Shown here one piece after another: positions 38,560 through 50,499 of a stretch of 64,000 bases of DNA. Where the stretch lies: assembly GCF_006345805.1 (NCBI RefSeq), contig NC_042997.1:137950001-138014000 (forward strand). Reading direction: 5' to 3'. How positions within the stretch are numbered: the first letter of the stretch is position 1; each line of letters begins with the position of its first letter. The position numbers and the translations under genes are program-made. The DNA is from Octopus sinensis (lineage: Eukaryota). Under the pieces are notes generated by a model, which saw only the letters and a list, made by a program, of their open reading frames with translations, was not told the origin of the DNA and did not search any database.

Positions 38560-39204
38560 TCATACATTATTGGTCAAGTGAAGGTGAATTTAAAAATCAC
38601 TATGCCAATCACATAGCCTCCTTCCAACATAGAGACAAAAGTGAAGGTACTAAGTTGGCTAGCTACCTGTGAACTTTGAAAGATAATGAAGCACCACATG
38701 TGATTAAATGGAAAATGATTGAGAAATCCATACCTTGTGTGAATGGACCGAATACATGTACACTTTGCTTAGCTGAAAGAAGACAGATCCAGTTCAGATC
38801 TAGGATCCCTAACTCTCTATTAAACTCTAGGTCAGAAATTTTCAGTGGTTGCATGCATATGTATAAATATATTTTGAATTGGAAAATTCCACCTATTTCT
38901 GACTGACTTGATATCTTTCCGACCTTATCATTCAAGGTCTAAGGAGGAAAGCTCCTTTACCTTTTTAGTTTTTGTGTTTTCGTTTTCAGCTTTTCATTTT
39001 CTGTTGTTTACTTTCTGCATTTCTAAACACTGCCGTCTCAGTTTTTTTTTTTTGTTTTTTTTTTTTTTGTTTCTTCTATTATTCAGTTTTTTTTTTTTTT
39101 TAGTTTGTTATGATATGTGGTTTGTGCCTGAAAAATATGTGAATTTTCTCAACACATGAAACTATTAGTAGTGCTTTAATACATGTATTGTGACCTTTAA
39201 ATAA
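38560..39204 (+). mobile_element. Penelope-like element 3' end, right arm (inverted relative to 37900-38515)
   Basis: YIG-like start, SEGEFKNHYANHIASF..KLASYL*TLKDNEAPHVIKWKMIEKSIPCVNGPNTCTLCLAER..LLNSRSEIFSGCMH. Confidence 0.85.
39124..39176 (+). ncRNA. Degenerate hammerhead-like motif (mirror of 37927-37982)
   Basis: GUGC CUGAAAA (G8 changed to A) ... GAAAC UAUUA GUA GUGC. Confidence 0.35.
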
Positions 39205-39989
39205 ATAATATTTATCTCTCACCAGATGGAATAGTTTTTTGCTGAATTTTCTATCACAGAACAGTACTTTGTGTGTGTGTGTATGTGTGTGATGATTTTT
39301 AACCAGTATTGAGTTTTACAATTCTGTAAATAATATTTTTTTTATAAGCTTAAAGCTTATAAATGATCACCTGTGTATTGACTAAATAAAATAGTTTAAT
39401 ATTGGGGCATTTAAGTCCTCAGTGGAAAAAAGTGGGATTTCTATACATGTGGGATACCAACCCACACATCTGTTTTCATGACAAGTTTTCTAACATAACA
39501 CCACTTGGTTATATATATATATCAAGCTTCCACACAGTTTCCATGTACTATATCCACTCATAAAGTATTAGTTGGCCCAGAACTATAACAAAAACCCATA
39601 CCAAAAGTGCCACACTGTGGGACTGAACCCCAAACCACATGATTGCAACGTAAGCTTCTTAACCACACAGCCACACCCAAGACATCTCATCTCATCTTTG
39701 CCCACTTATTTCAGGGAGGGTCATGGGGCAAAGTCCTCAAGCATGCTTTCCACTGACTCCAAACCAACTGACTCAGGTGGCATTTGAACTCTCAAGGTAA
39801 ACTAAACATATCAAGACATTCTGTCAGGTCTCAAATGATATCACCAATCGACAAAGTAAATATCAGCAGTCTCTGAGCCTTTATAAAACTCAGTGGTTGC
39901 AAAATTAAGGGACTGGGCACCTACCTTACATAACTAACAGGAGACAATAAATGGCAGAATTTATTCATTTCCTACAACCCTACACATGG

Positions 39990-40460
39990 ATTTTTTTTTT
40001 TTTTGTAGCAGAATCCATTCTGTTGTAAACATTTAAACCAAGTTTACCAAAGCATGACCAACCAAGCTCATGAATGTTTTTCAACCAACTTGTTCATAGC
40101 CTACCCACTGGGTCTCCTACCAATTGGTTTTTGCCCATAGAACTTGAGTGATTCTTTCTTGAGACATTCTCACCACATAGCAACAGTATCAGAACTATGA
40201 TTTTTCAATTCAGAAAAATAGTGGCTCAATCTGGAGTACCTAATTGATCATCGAACTATGTACTTGATTGAATAACATTACTCCAAAGACTCTTGAATAC
40301 ATACAACTAGGGTTTATTTCATAAGAAATATGAACATCGAATAGTTTCCATGGAAATTCTTGTAAATAACTAATGTGGTTGATTAGCTCTGAATTATGAA
40401 CAAGCAGACCTATGATCAAAGAGTTTATACTCATGACCACCTAAGTCTCCTTTTCCAAGT
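39990..40460 (-). pseudogene. Degenerate RTE LINE C-terminal fragment
   Basis: YVVRMSQERITQVLWA / KPIGRRPSG (cf. GHV.RM...R..K.V....P.GRRPRGRP). Confidence 0.55.
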
Positions 40461-41298
40461 GCAGTGCAGAGTCACATTATCCAATGTATCACTTTTTTTC
40501 TTAAATGGTAGGTAGTGTTTAGGGGGAGATTGAGCTGCTATTTCTAGCAAGTTCCATAAAAACATTACGTGAATAAATGAGAGAACAAGAAAAATGGATA
40601 AGACAAAGAGAGGCGAGTGAGAAGTGGGGAAGTGAGTGAGAAATATTTAGGAATTGAGAAATTGAGTGAGAGGGAGAGTGGCAGAATATAGAAAAGTAGG
40701 AGTATGTGTGTGGAAGAGTGGATAAAACAGAGAGGGAATGGGGAAGAGAGTGGTAAAGAGGAGAGAAACAGCAATCTTCAAGTCAGAGAAAGTGTTAGAC
40801 AGGGTCACATGGTTTGTCATCTAATAATGAAGTAGTTTTGTGTCATTGACTGGTTCTTGAAAGTATAGATAAGAGTTCAAAATTTAAAAGAAAACCAGAT
40901 TTTTAATCTAATATCAATGATGCTATATATTGATACATGTATATATGCATCAAAAAGATCTCCCCTTCTATCACCCTCCCTAATAAGTCATAACTCACCC
41001 CAACTCTAAAAGGTAACCATATGAACTAAATTGCCTGTTACTTCAACTACCTAATCTGAAAATATGGAAATGAAAATTTATAACAGAGGGAAGGGAGGGA
41101 GAAAGGGAATTGTTTGACAAAAGAGACTGATAAGGTAAGTACTAGACTTTAAAAAAAAAAACAAGTCTCGGGGTCGATATGTTCAACTAAACACTTCAGT
41201 TACAAATAAAAGATAAGAGACAATCCATCCAAAAAGCTTCCACAAAGTTTCTATCAATCCAATTTTACTTACAAGGCTTAGATTGACTCAATGCTATG

Positions 41299-41500
41299 TT
41301 AACCCTTTAGCACTTAAGCCATGTCTGGCTTAAATATTCTGTTTCATGATCAAACTGACCAGATCTGGCTTCTCATACCTTCCCTACAATGTTATTCTAA
41401 AAACACTCATATCAAAATCAGATAATGTTCAATTAACTCAAAACAATGTGAATAAACAAGCATTACATTTGACAAACTAATCTGGATACTAAAGGTTTAC
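41299..41500. mobile_element. piggyBac-type MITE family A inserted into a SINE
   Basis: TTAACCCTTTAGCAC start; SINE sequence resumes after 41500. Confidence 0.7.
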
Positions 41501-41808
41501 AAGACATTTGTCCAGGAAGTCATGCACTGGTATTAAACCAAGGAACTCATGGTTGTGAAGAACACTTGCCAACTATCATACTTAGTATATCCAGGATGAA
41601 GGCATTGCTATCAATGATTATGATGGTGTGGTGAACTCTTATCACTTCAATAAATAAGGGTTCGACAAGACACAGCTGTGCAGGCTGGTGAGCTGGTGTC
41701 TTGGTTTGTAGAACAACCTCCACAATAAATATTATTATAGGGGGCATAGTTTATGCAGAACCAGCCCTACACTCTTTCTCTCTCCTTCAAACTTGTATTG
41801 GTCTAGTG

Positions 41809-42014
41809 CAGTGGTTCCCAAAGTGCGTGATATTGCCCCCCACCCCTCGGTGGTTGTGGAAAGATCCAGTGGAGGTGGCCTTGAAGAAAAGTGAGGCAAT
41901 AATGGGGTGGCCAAAAGGGGTTTGATGGTGTGGCAGCCAAAAGGATGTGGGGGGCACTAGGATGGTAGCCCAAGTGCCAAGTGGGTAGCGGCCCCAAATT
42001 TTTGGGAACCAATG
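41809..42014. mobile_element. hAT (Charlie-type) MITE
   Basis: TIRs CAGTGGTTCCCAAA and TTTGGGAACCAATG; 8-bp target duplication GTCTAGTG/ATCTAGTG. Confidence 0.88.
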
Positions 42015-42676
42015 ATCTAGTGCAACAAGTGCCACAAGCCCATCAGTTAGAGGCTGCGGGATTTATATGTAGCTACCTTCCCTTTCATGAGCTCTAAAGA
42101 GTTGAAAGGCCTCATCTCCCTTGGGTCCATAAGGATGTCTGGGGGGGGGGTCTCCTTTCAAAAGATTCATTCCATGACATGCTAACCAATAACTGGGATC
42201 CCAACAGATGCTACTATTCCAGGTTTGAGAAGACTTGGAAACAATAGTAGCTAAGAGGTGATTCCACACATCTCAAAACCCTGAAACTCCTAAACCAGGG
42301 TTCTGTTATCAGATGCAGTTTAAAGCCATACCCAGAACAATCAGTGACTGTAACAGTAGACAGAATCAGTTCTGGAATGAAGTCTGCTATCACTTCATAT
42401 AGAAAAGCATGACCTCTGATTAAACCAGTACAAATATAAAAACAGTTTATTTTTATAAATAATATATTCAATTTTTTTGAATGACTTTAGTTAAGAGAAA
42501 GGGGCCCTATCCTTGACCTTTGAATTCCTTTGACGAAATTAATGTAGCTGATAATATTCAGTTTGAATGGTTGAATGCTGATATCTGTGAGGAAAATGCC
42601 GGGCGGCGGGGTGGAAGTAATTCCACAACGTTGATACTCAGGAGAAGGAATGGTACAGATAGTGGTTAGTGAAGAG

Positions 42677-43005
42677 CAGAGGTTCTCAAACTTTTTGGGC
42701 CACTGCCCCACTCATGGTAACATAATACCCTCAGTGCCCTACCCCTACTTTTATGTATAAATAAATATTTAAAATTTTACTAATTTATATATCCTATGAA
42801 TCATTTGGTATTTAATATATTATATAATTTGTATACAATACTATAATAATATAATTAATTCATAGCGCTCCCCAGTTCACTGCCTTCCTCCCAATGCCTC
42901 CTTATTCTCTACTGCTCTCCCCCCACACTTAGGCACCAGCATCCACCTGGACCATCTCAACACCTACTGGGGGGGAGGCAGTAACGCCCACTTTGAGAAC
43001 CTATG
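42677..43005. mobile_element. hAT (Charlie-type) MITE
   Basis: TIRs CAGAGGTTCTCAAA and TTTGAGAACCTATG; 8-bp target duplication GTGAAGAG/GTGTAGAG. Confidence 0.88.
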
Positions 43006-43295
43006 GTGTAGAGTCTTGGAAGAATGACACAGAATTGATAACAAGCAGAGACAGATATGAATGAGTTCGAATAGAGATTGTGTGCAACTAACAAGCTCTG
43101 AAAAAAAGATACTGTGGAAGTAGCTCTAGTAGAGATCAGAGTGAGAAGACAGTGTATCTGTTGAATAGGTTTTGAATTCATGAGTTGAAACAGATTTTGT
43201 TGGGTCTCAGGGGGTTCATTATGTCCGTAACAAACACGTGTACTGGTTCTATTTCACTTTCATTATTATTAGTCAATTAGTTAACCATTTAAGTA

Positions 43296-43775
43296 CTGTA
43301 GATTCTCGAATATAATCTGCATTTTTTCCCAAAATTTAAAGGTCAAAATCCCTAGCGCATACCATATACGAGGTTAAAAATAAAAATTATTTTCTAAGAA
43401 ATGTCCAAGTCTCTATTTGCTGTCCAGCAATGTTTATTCAGACGCATTTTGTGATGTCAGGTACAAAAATATCTTAAGCTAAGCTTGAAAGCAATGAAGT
43501 CATAAAAGAATCATCCATAACTTGCAATAAGCGACATTTATTAAATGTTACTACTGTTATTTCTTTATTTTCTGCAAACAAAATGCACAAAAAAGCAACA
43601 TGTTTGCATTATGTTATATATACAATAATAATAAAGGATGTTGTATAGACCTCCTTGACTCAAGTTAGAGAAGGGGTGCGTATTATACACAAGGTTTAGG
43701 CTTTTCAGAAGTACAGTCCCCTAAAAATCCCCTGTGTATTATACTCAAGGGAGGACTATACTCGAGGATTTACGG
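43296..43775. mobile_element. Tc2/pogo-type MITE
   Basis: CTGTAGATTCTCGAATATAATC versus GACTATACTCGAGGATTTACGG (inverted), with TA on both sides. Confidence 0.75.
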
Positions 43776-44254
43776 TATTCAATTAACTGATTGGATAATT
43801 GATCAATCAGTCAGTTTGCTAGGTTCATCAGAGTCCCTTTTTTGCCATTTGTGACCTCATCAATTACATGACCTCTTAATCTCAAGTCTACTTTAGGAGC
43901 TGTCTGTCTCCTAGTTTACAAATTCTATATTTATAGTGATGTGAGGGACACTCTCACATGCATTCTCACTCATGTCCCTATGAATACAAAGAGTCTGTAA
44001 GCTATGAGACAGACAGACCTGGAGTAGAGAGGGTATGTCATTGATGAGATTGCAAATGGCAATGAAAGGACTGATGAACCTAGCTGATTAATATACTCTG
44101 ATCAAACAATCAGGAAATTTGTTAGTTAAATAGTTAACTAATTGACTAATAGAACCAGTAAAATAGAACTAGTGCATGTGTTTTGGGGGGCATAATGTCC
44201 TTCCAGAGATTCAACAAAGCTATTTATCTTTCTTAAATGTTCACCAAACTGATT

Positions 44255-45597
44255 AAATGAGCAAACCACAAATCCATTCAGGTAGATGGCCCTGCTCAAT
44301 CAGTAGAAAAGGTGTAGACAGAAACTTCATAAGATGTACTAGGTGTAAGCTATGGACACATAAGAGGTGCAGCAATATCAAAGGAAGGCTAACTGGGAAG
44401 ATAGTTTTTTTGTGTGGAAAATGCTCAGGAGCAATAAACACTGAAAATGTGCAGAAAACAGCTTTCATCAAATGCCAGGGGGAAAAACTAGAAGTAGTTG
44501 ATAGCTTGTTACCTAGGTGACCAAGTCAGTAGCAGGGGTGAATGTTCTGAGAGTGTAGCTGCTAGAATAAGAATAGCCTGGGCAAAGTTCAGAGAGCTCC
44601 TACCTTTGCTGGTGACAAAGGGACTCTCACTCAGAGTAAAAGGTAGACTATATGACGCATGTGTGCAAACTGCCATGCTACATGGCAGTGAAACACAGGC
44701 TGTGACTGCTGAGGACATGCGTAAGCTTGCAAGGAATGAAGCCAGTATGCTCCGCCAGATGTGTAATGTCAGTGTGCATACTCAACAGAGTGTAAGTACC
44801 TTGAGAGAAAAGTTGAACCTAAGAAGCATTAGACATGGTGTGCAAGAGAGACAACTGCGTTGGTATGGGCATGTGGTGAGAATGGATGAGGATAGCTGTG
44901 TGAAAAAGTGCCACACCCTAGCCATTGAGGGAACCTGTGGAAGAGGTAGATCCAGGAAAATCCGGGATGAGGTGGTGAAGCATAACCTTTAAACACTGGG
45001 CCTCACCGAGGCAATGACTAGTGACCAAAACCTTTGGAGATATGCTGTGCTTGAGCAGACCCGGCAAGCAAAGTGAGACCATAACCATGGTGTATGCCAG
45101 TGCAGCATAACCAGCCCATTTAAGAGTACCCTTCAATCATTGGGCAATAAATTGCGCTTGTGAAGACCTGTTGAGGCAAGTGAAATCGTTGTTGTGGCCA
45201 ATGACAGTACCGCCTGATTGGCACCCATACCAGTGGCATGTTAAAAGCACCATTCAAGATTGATTTGTTGCAAGTGCTGCCTGACTGGCTCCCATGCCGG
45301 TGGCACAAAAAAGGCACCATTCGAGCATGGTCGATGCCAGTGCTGGCTGACTGGTGGCACATAAAAAGCAGCATTCAAGTTTGGTCATTGCCAGTACCGC
45401 CTGACTGGCCCTCATACTGGTGGCATGTAAAAAGCACCCACTACATCTCAGAGTGCTTGGCTTTAGGAAGGACATCCAGCTGTAGAAACTTTGCCAGATC
45501 AGATTGGAACCTGATACAGCCTTCTGGCTTGCCAGCCTCCAGTCAAATCGTCCAACCTAGTCAAACCATCCAACGGCAACGACGATGATGATGATGA
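44255..45597 (+). mobile_element. 5'-truncated RTE-clade LINE: Cys/His finger, RT C-terminus and 3'UTR
   Basis: WPCSI..KGV..IRCTRCKLWTHKRC..CGKC finger; AARIRIAWAKFRELLPLL..GRLYDACVQTAMLHGSE..LRWYGHVVRMD..GRGRSRK; frameshift near 44507 and stop at 44990; ends in (GAT)n. Confidence 0.92.
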
Positions 45598-46467
45598 ATT
45601 TACTGAACTTACGTAACAGAAAAAGCATCAAGCTTACTGATTCATCTGTTTCATTGCAATTCAAAGAATGGACAATATAAAAATATAAATATTTTAGATC
45701 CTATTTAATATTGTATGCTTTCATTTTAAAATCAGAAGTAAAACATTTTTTTTAAACATAAATAAAGAAATCATACAAGTTTGTCAAATCAGAAGGGTGG
45801 GTACAACAGAAAGTTATATCCTGTCATTGCTTTCATGGTTTACTGTTAACCAGTACAAAATTCAACACTCCTGCCATTTTACAACTATATTATGACAGTA
45901 GCTTCCTATAGATGATTCATTAATTTCATTACACATAAACCTAGCAAATTGTTCATGAAGTATTCTTCTAAATTTAATACTTAGAATTTACTGAACCCAA
46001 GGAACATAAAACAAAAACGGTACCAAGCTTACTGATTTATCTGTTTCGTTGCAATTCAGTGAGTTGATCATTTAACACACAAGCACACTTGAGATATGTG
46101 CAAATTTTGTGCATGTACATCTGTTGGTTAATATAAACAAGTTCATACTGTCCTCAGTGACATTCCACATCACTTTATTTTTCACAATCACACACACACT
46201 AAAAATAGATATTTTTTCACTCTGAATAAATGTACTAAGACTTCAAATTTCTGAATATAAAACATGTAAAACATCACAGAATGCTTGAGAGTCCTTGTAG
46301 GTCAAACAGTAAAATATTCTGAATAAAATGGTAAGATTTATCTTACGTGTGTTACAAACAAAGATGCCTATTTATATAAAAGCTAACAAAATGATACATA
46401 TCTAGAAGATGTAGATCAATTGTGCCTGGAATAGAAGGGATTGAGGATAATCTATTGGAAATATAAT

Positions 46468-47420
46468 ATTGGTTTCAAATTCTGGCATAAGGCCAGCAAT
46501 TTTAAGGGAGGGATAAATCAATTACATCAACCCTAGCGTTCAACTGGCCCTTATTTTATTGGCCCTGAAAGGATGACAGTTGACCTTGGTAGAATTTGAA
46601 CTCAGAACGTAAAGATGGATGAAATGCTACTAAGCATTTTGCCCAATGTGCTTATGATTTTATCAGCTCATCGCCTTACATCATCAATATTGAAGGATCT
46701 TTAATGCAGCAGTTATAATTTTGCTTGTTTTTACTATTCATGTTCAAATTCTGCCCAGGTCAACTTTACCTTTCATTCTTTCAGGGTCAATAAAATAAGG
46801 ACCAATTGAACACTAGGATTGATATAATTGATTTATCCCTCCCCTAAAATTGTTGGCCTTGTGCCAAAATTTCATTTTGAACATTTGCACAAAGCAACAA
46901 ATTTCATGGGGGAAGGGTTATAGTCAGATAATATTGGTTTCAAATTTTCACACACAGCCAGCAAACACAGGGAAGGGGTAAATCAATTACATTGACCTCA
47001 GTGTTTAACTAGTTCTTACTTTATTGACCTCTACAGGATGAAAGGCAAAGTCAGCCTTGGCAGAATTTGAACTCAAAACATAAAGATGGATGAAATGCTA
47101 AGCATTTTGCCTGGTGTCCTAACAGTTCTGTTAGCTTACTGCCTTCATAGTTAATATCAGAAAGATGAAAACCAAGTTGATCTGAGTGAGATTTGAACTC
47201 AGAATGCAATGGTGATAAATAGCATAATGTATTTTGTTCAACATGGTGAGCTGGTAGAATCTTTAGCACATTGGACAAGAATGCTCAGTGGCATTTCTTT
47301 TAGTTCTGAGTTTAAATCTCACCAAGCTCAACTTTGCCTTTCATCCTTTCGGGGTCAATAAAATAAGTACTTGTCAAGTACTGGGGTCATTGTCATCAAC
47401 TTGTCTCCTTGTCCAAAAAA
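46468..47420. mobile_element. Cluster of Nin/Deu-core-like SINE copies in both orientations
   Basis: Repeated TATTGGTTTCAAATT..GGCCAGCAAT..GAAAGGATGA..TTTGAACTCAGAA modules and their reverse complements. Confidence 0.75.
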
Positions 47421-47621
47421 TTGCTAACCTTGAATCCGGCAACAGACCAGCATCCCATTCATGGGGATGTTATGATCTCTTATATACCTCAGAAACTGGT
47501 TACAGCCTTATGAGTCTTGGGGGTCAAGGAAAAAAAAAAAATTTATTCAACATTTTTGCCACTCTGTTGTACGTTTTTAAAAATAGTGACAGCAGCAGTA
47601 TTAATACAGAGAAATGATATA

Positions 47622-47791
47622 TATCTCCACTTAAACATGGACGTTCTGTCAGAACAAACTATACTGTGGTAGTTACCATAAAAGAAACTCTCATATTGGC
47701 TTTTGGTGCAAAATGCACTCAAGAGTTTCTCTTATGGTAACTACCACAGTATAGTTTGTTCTAACAGAACATCTATGTTTAAATGGGGATA
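47622..47791. repeat. 170-bp foldback (70-bp arms, 30-nt spacer), MITE-like
   Basis: 47622-47691 is the reverse complement of 47722-47791 with 6 transition mismatches; TA at both ends. Confidence 0.92.
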
Positions 47792-48810
47792 GACATTACC
47801 TATTGTACTTTGGCCAGTATTCCATCACTTCTGCCCATCTGTTCTTATAATAAAAATGTCTAACCTTAATCAGTAAGTTTTGAGAAAAGAAGAATTAAAT
47901 TGACTCCAGTACTCAACTGCTATTTACTTTATTGACACAGGAGGGATAAAAGTGAAGTCAACTCAGAAGGATTTGAATCCAGAATAGCTAAATACAGTGG
48001 GGACTTTTTATCTTCTAGTAATCTACCAATTCTAATAATAATTCCTCTATTTACCCTTCCCCAAAAAGAACAATGTAAAAATGCACTAGTGAAAGCAAAT
48101 GTTTGGAGTAAGTGTTTATAGCCTGGAAAACGGATATTAAATAATGAGGATATATGTATGTGTGAGTAAAAGAGAAAATATAAACAATCTAAAATTATAC
48201 ATAATACAATCCTACTCATGTATACGTGTATACACACACAGTATGTGCATGATTGAATATACAAATGGTAAATAGAAATACACACAATATAATATAACAG
48301 ACAATAAATTTATGAAATGAAATTATTCATTGTAACTAGATACAATGTATATACATGTGTAAGTGAATAAAAGAGATTATCACAGTCAGAATCTGCTGTA
48401 TGAGGGATAACCTGTAGTTAGAGAACATCTTTAACAGCAATAATACATCATCAACAACTCATTAACACTTGAACCAAGCAAGTGAATTTCTGTATATGGT
48501 TGCTAGAAATAACAGCCAAATCAACCTTAAATTACTTTTAAAATATCTTCGAACAAGGTATATTGGATAATGTGGTCTTGGGTTTCCTGCATATAGAAAA
48601 AAGATTAGGTGGTCATGGCTGGAATAACTAACATTGCTTGAGAGATGACCTCGAACACCAACAACAATAATACCAACAACAGTGATGTCTAACATAAGTA
48701 CAATGCACAAATCACAAGGGAGGAATACAGTCACTCACATTGATTCCAGTACTTGGTTGATACTTATTTTATTGATCCTTGAAAAGTTGAAAAGAGAAGT
48801 TGACCTAGCA

Positions 48811-49664
48811 CAGTGGTTCTCAACCAAGGGCCATATGACATTTGCGGGGGCGGTCAATGTAAGATTTTGTTGATAAAGGTTATGTGCAATAAATTGGTTA
48901 TACTTGTACAACTTTAAGGTGTCAAGCTGGCTGAATTGTTTGCACACTGGGCGAAATGAGTAGTGGTATTATGTCTACCGTTACATTCTGAGTTCAAATT
49001 CTGCTGACATCAACTTTGCCTTTCATCATTTTGGGGTTAATTAAATAAGTGCCAGTTATGCATTGGGTCGATGTAATCAACTTAATCCCTTTGTCTGTCC
49101 TTGTGTGTCCCCTCTATGTTTAACCCCCTGTCGGCAATAAAGAAATATATACTTCTATGATACACACAAAATATTTAATTTCTTTATGCAATTCCCAACC
49201 ACATGGTTCTGGGTTCAGTCTCACTGCATGGCACCTGGGGCAAGTGTCTTTATCGCCTTGGGCCAACAAAGCCTTCAGTGGATTTGGTAGACTGAAACTT
49301 AAAAGAAACTAGTTGTGTTTATGTATATGTATGTATGTGTTCCCTGCCACTGCCTGACAACCAGTGTTGGAGTGTTTGTGGCCCTATAACCTTGCAGTTT
49401 GGCAAAAGATTGATAAAATAAGTATCAGATTTGAAAAACAAAAAAAGTACTGTGGGGTGGTTGATTCATTCGACTAAGAATTTTACAAGGTGGTACCCCA
49501 GCATAGCTGCAGTCTAATGACAAACAAGTAAAAGGTGAAAGAATTCCTAGAATATTTAATCATAAAAATATGGATTTTAAAAAAAAATCAAATAGATATG
49601 GGGGTCCATTTGAGTAAAATAGGAATCAAAGGGGTCCATAGGCAAAAAAGGTAGAGAACTACAG
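48811..49664. mobile_element. hAT MITE with nested SINE insertions
   Basis: CAGTGGTTCTCAACC...GGTAGAGAACTACAG ends; flanks ACCTAGCA/ACCTAGAT; SINE pieces at ~48920-49540. Confidence 0.7.
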
Positions 49665-50499
49665 ACCTAGATAGAACTTAGTCATAGGACTTTAAAAATA
49701 ATTACTGTAAGATATTTTGTTTAAGTTCTGCCTTTTTTTTTCCTGCCATCACCATCAATAAGATTGCTTATTGTTGTTTAGTCTTGGGCCAACCCTGATG
49801 CTGAAGACCTATGATCAAAAGCATTCCAGCTGTGACCATCCAGTCTTTCACCTATATGCAGAGAATCCACGATCACATAATCCAGTGGGTTTTTTTTTTA
49901 AGCCATGAATCTGTATCTGGCTGCTATTTCTAGCAGGCTAGGTGACACTCCTTCCCTGTAGAGAAACCTCACCACTCCGCTAGGCTCAGCATGATTGTTT
50001 ATTGAAAGGGTGCGCTACCCACCTCCATACCATGGTCCCCCAATCCCATTCTTTTTTCCACTCCAGCTGACCCAGTTCAAGGTAGATAATTTTAGTTCTC
50101 ATATAAACATGACCAGTGTTTAGCTTTCAACAACAAAATTGTTTGTCAAATAAATAAACAATATATCGTATTCTAACCCAACTTACATTTCTTCTCAGCT
50201 GTTTTATTCATCACAAAAATAATCACGATCACACACACTCACACACATAGCCATTAACAAAATATTAAATAAACATAAATAAAATAAAACAGAGGGAAGA
50301 GAGTGTCCAAAGGTTGAATTGTGTTGGTGATGAAAGCATGATACAGAAATTATACTAAATGAGGAGTTAAAAGATGATATTAGTTTTTAGCCTTGTGCCT
50401 TTGTCAAAAGAAACCACCCCCATGAAAAGCCTTCCAATGAAAAGCCTTCATTGGGGTTGACCACCTGTATTTAGTGGCTGTTCTAAAAGCAGCCAGTTT

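Noticed and set aside
45195-45440. Repeat-spacer pattern reminiscent of a CRISPR array
   Set aside because: Units are diverged and the spacers are related to each other; it is a eukaryotic LINE 3'UTR with no cas genes.
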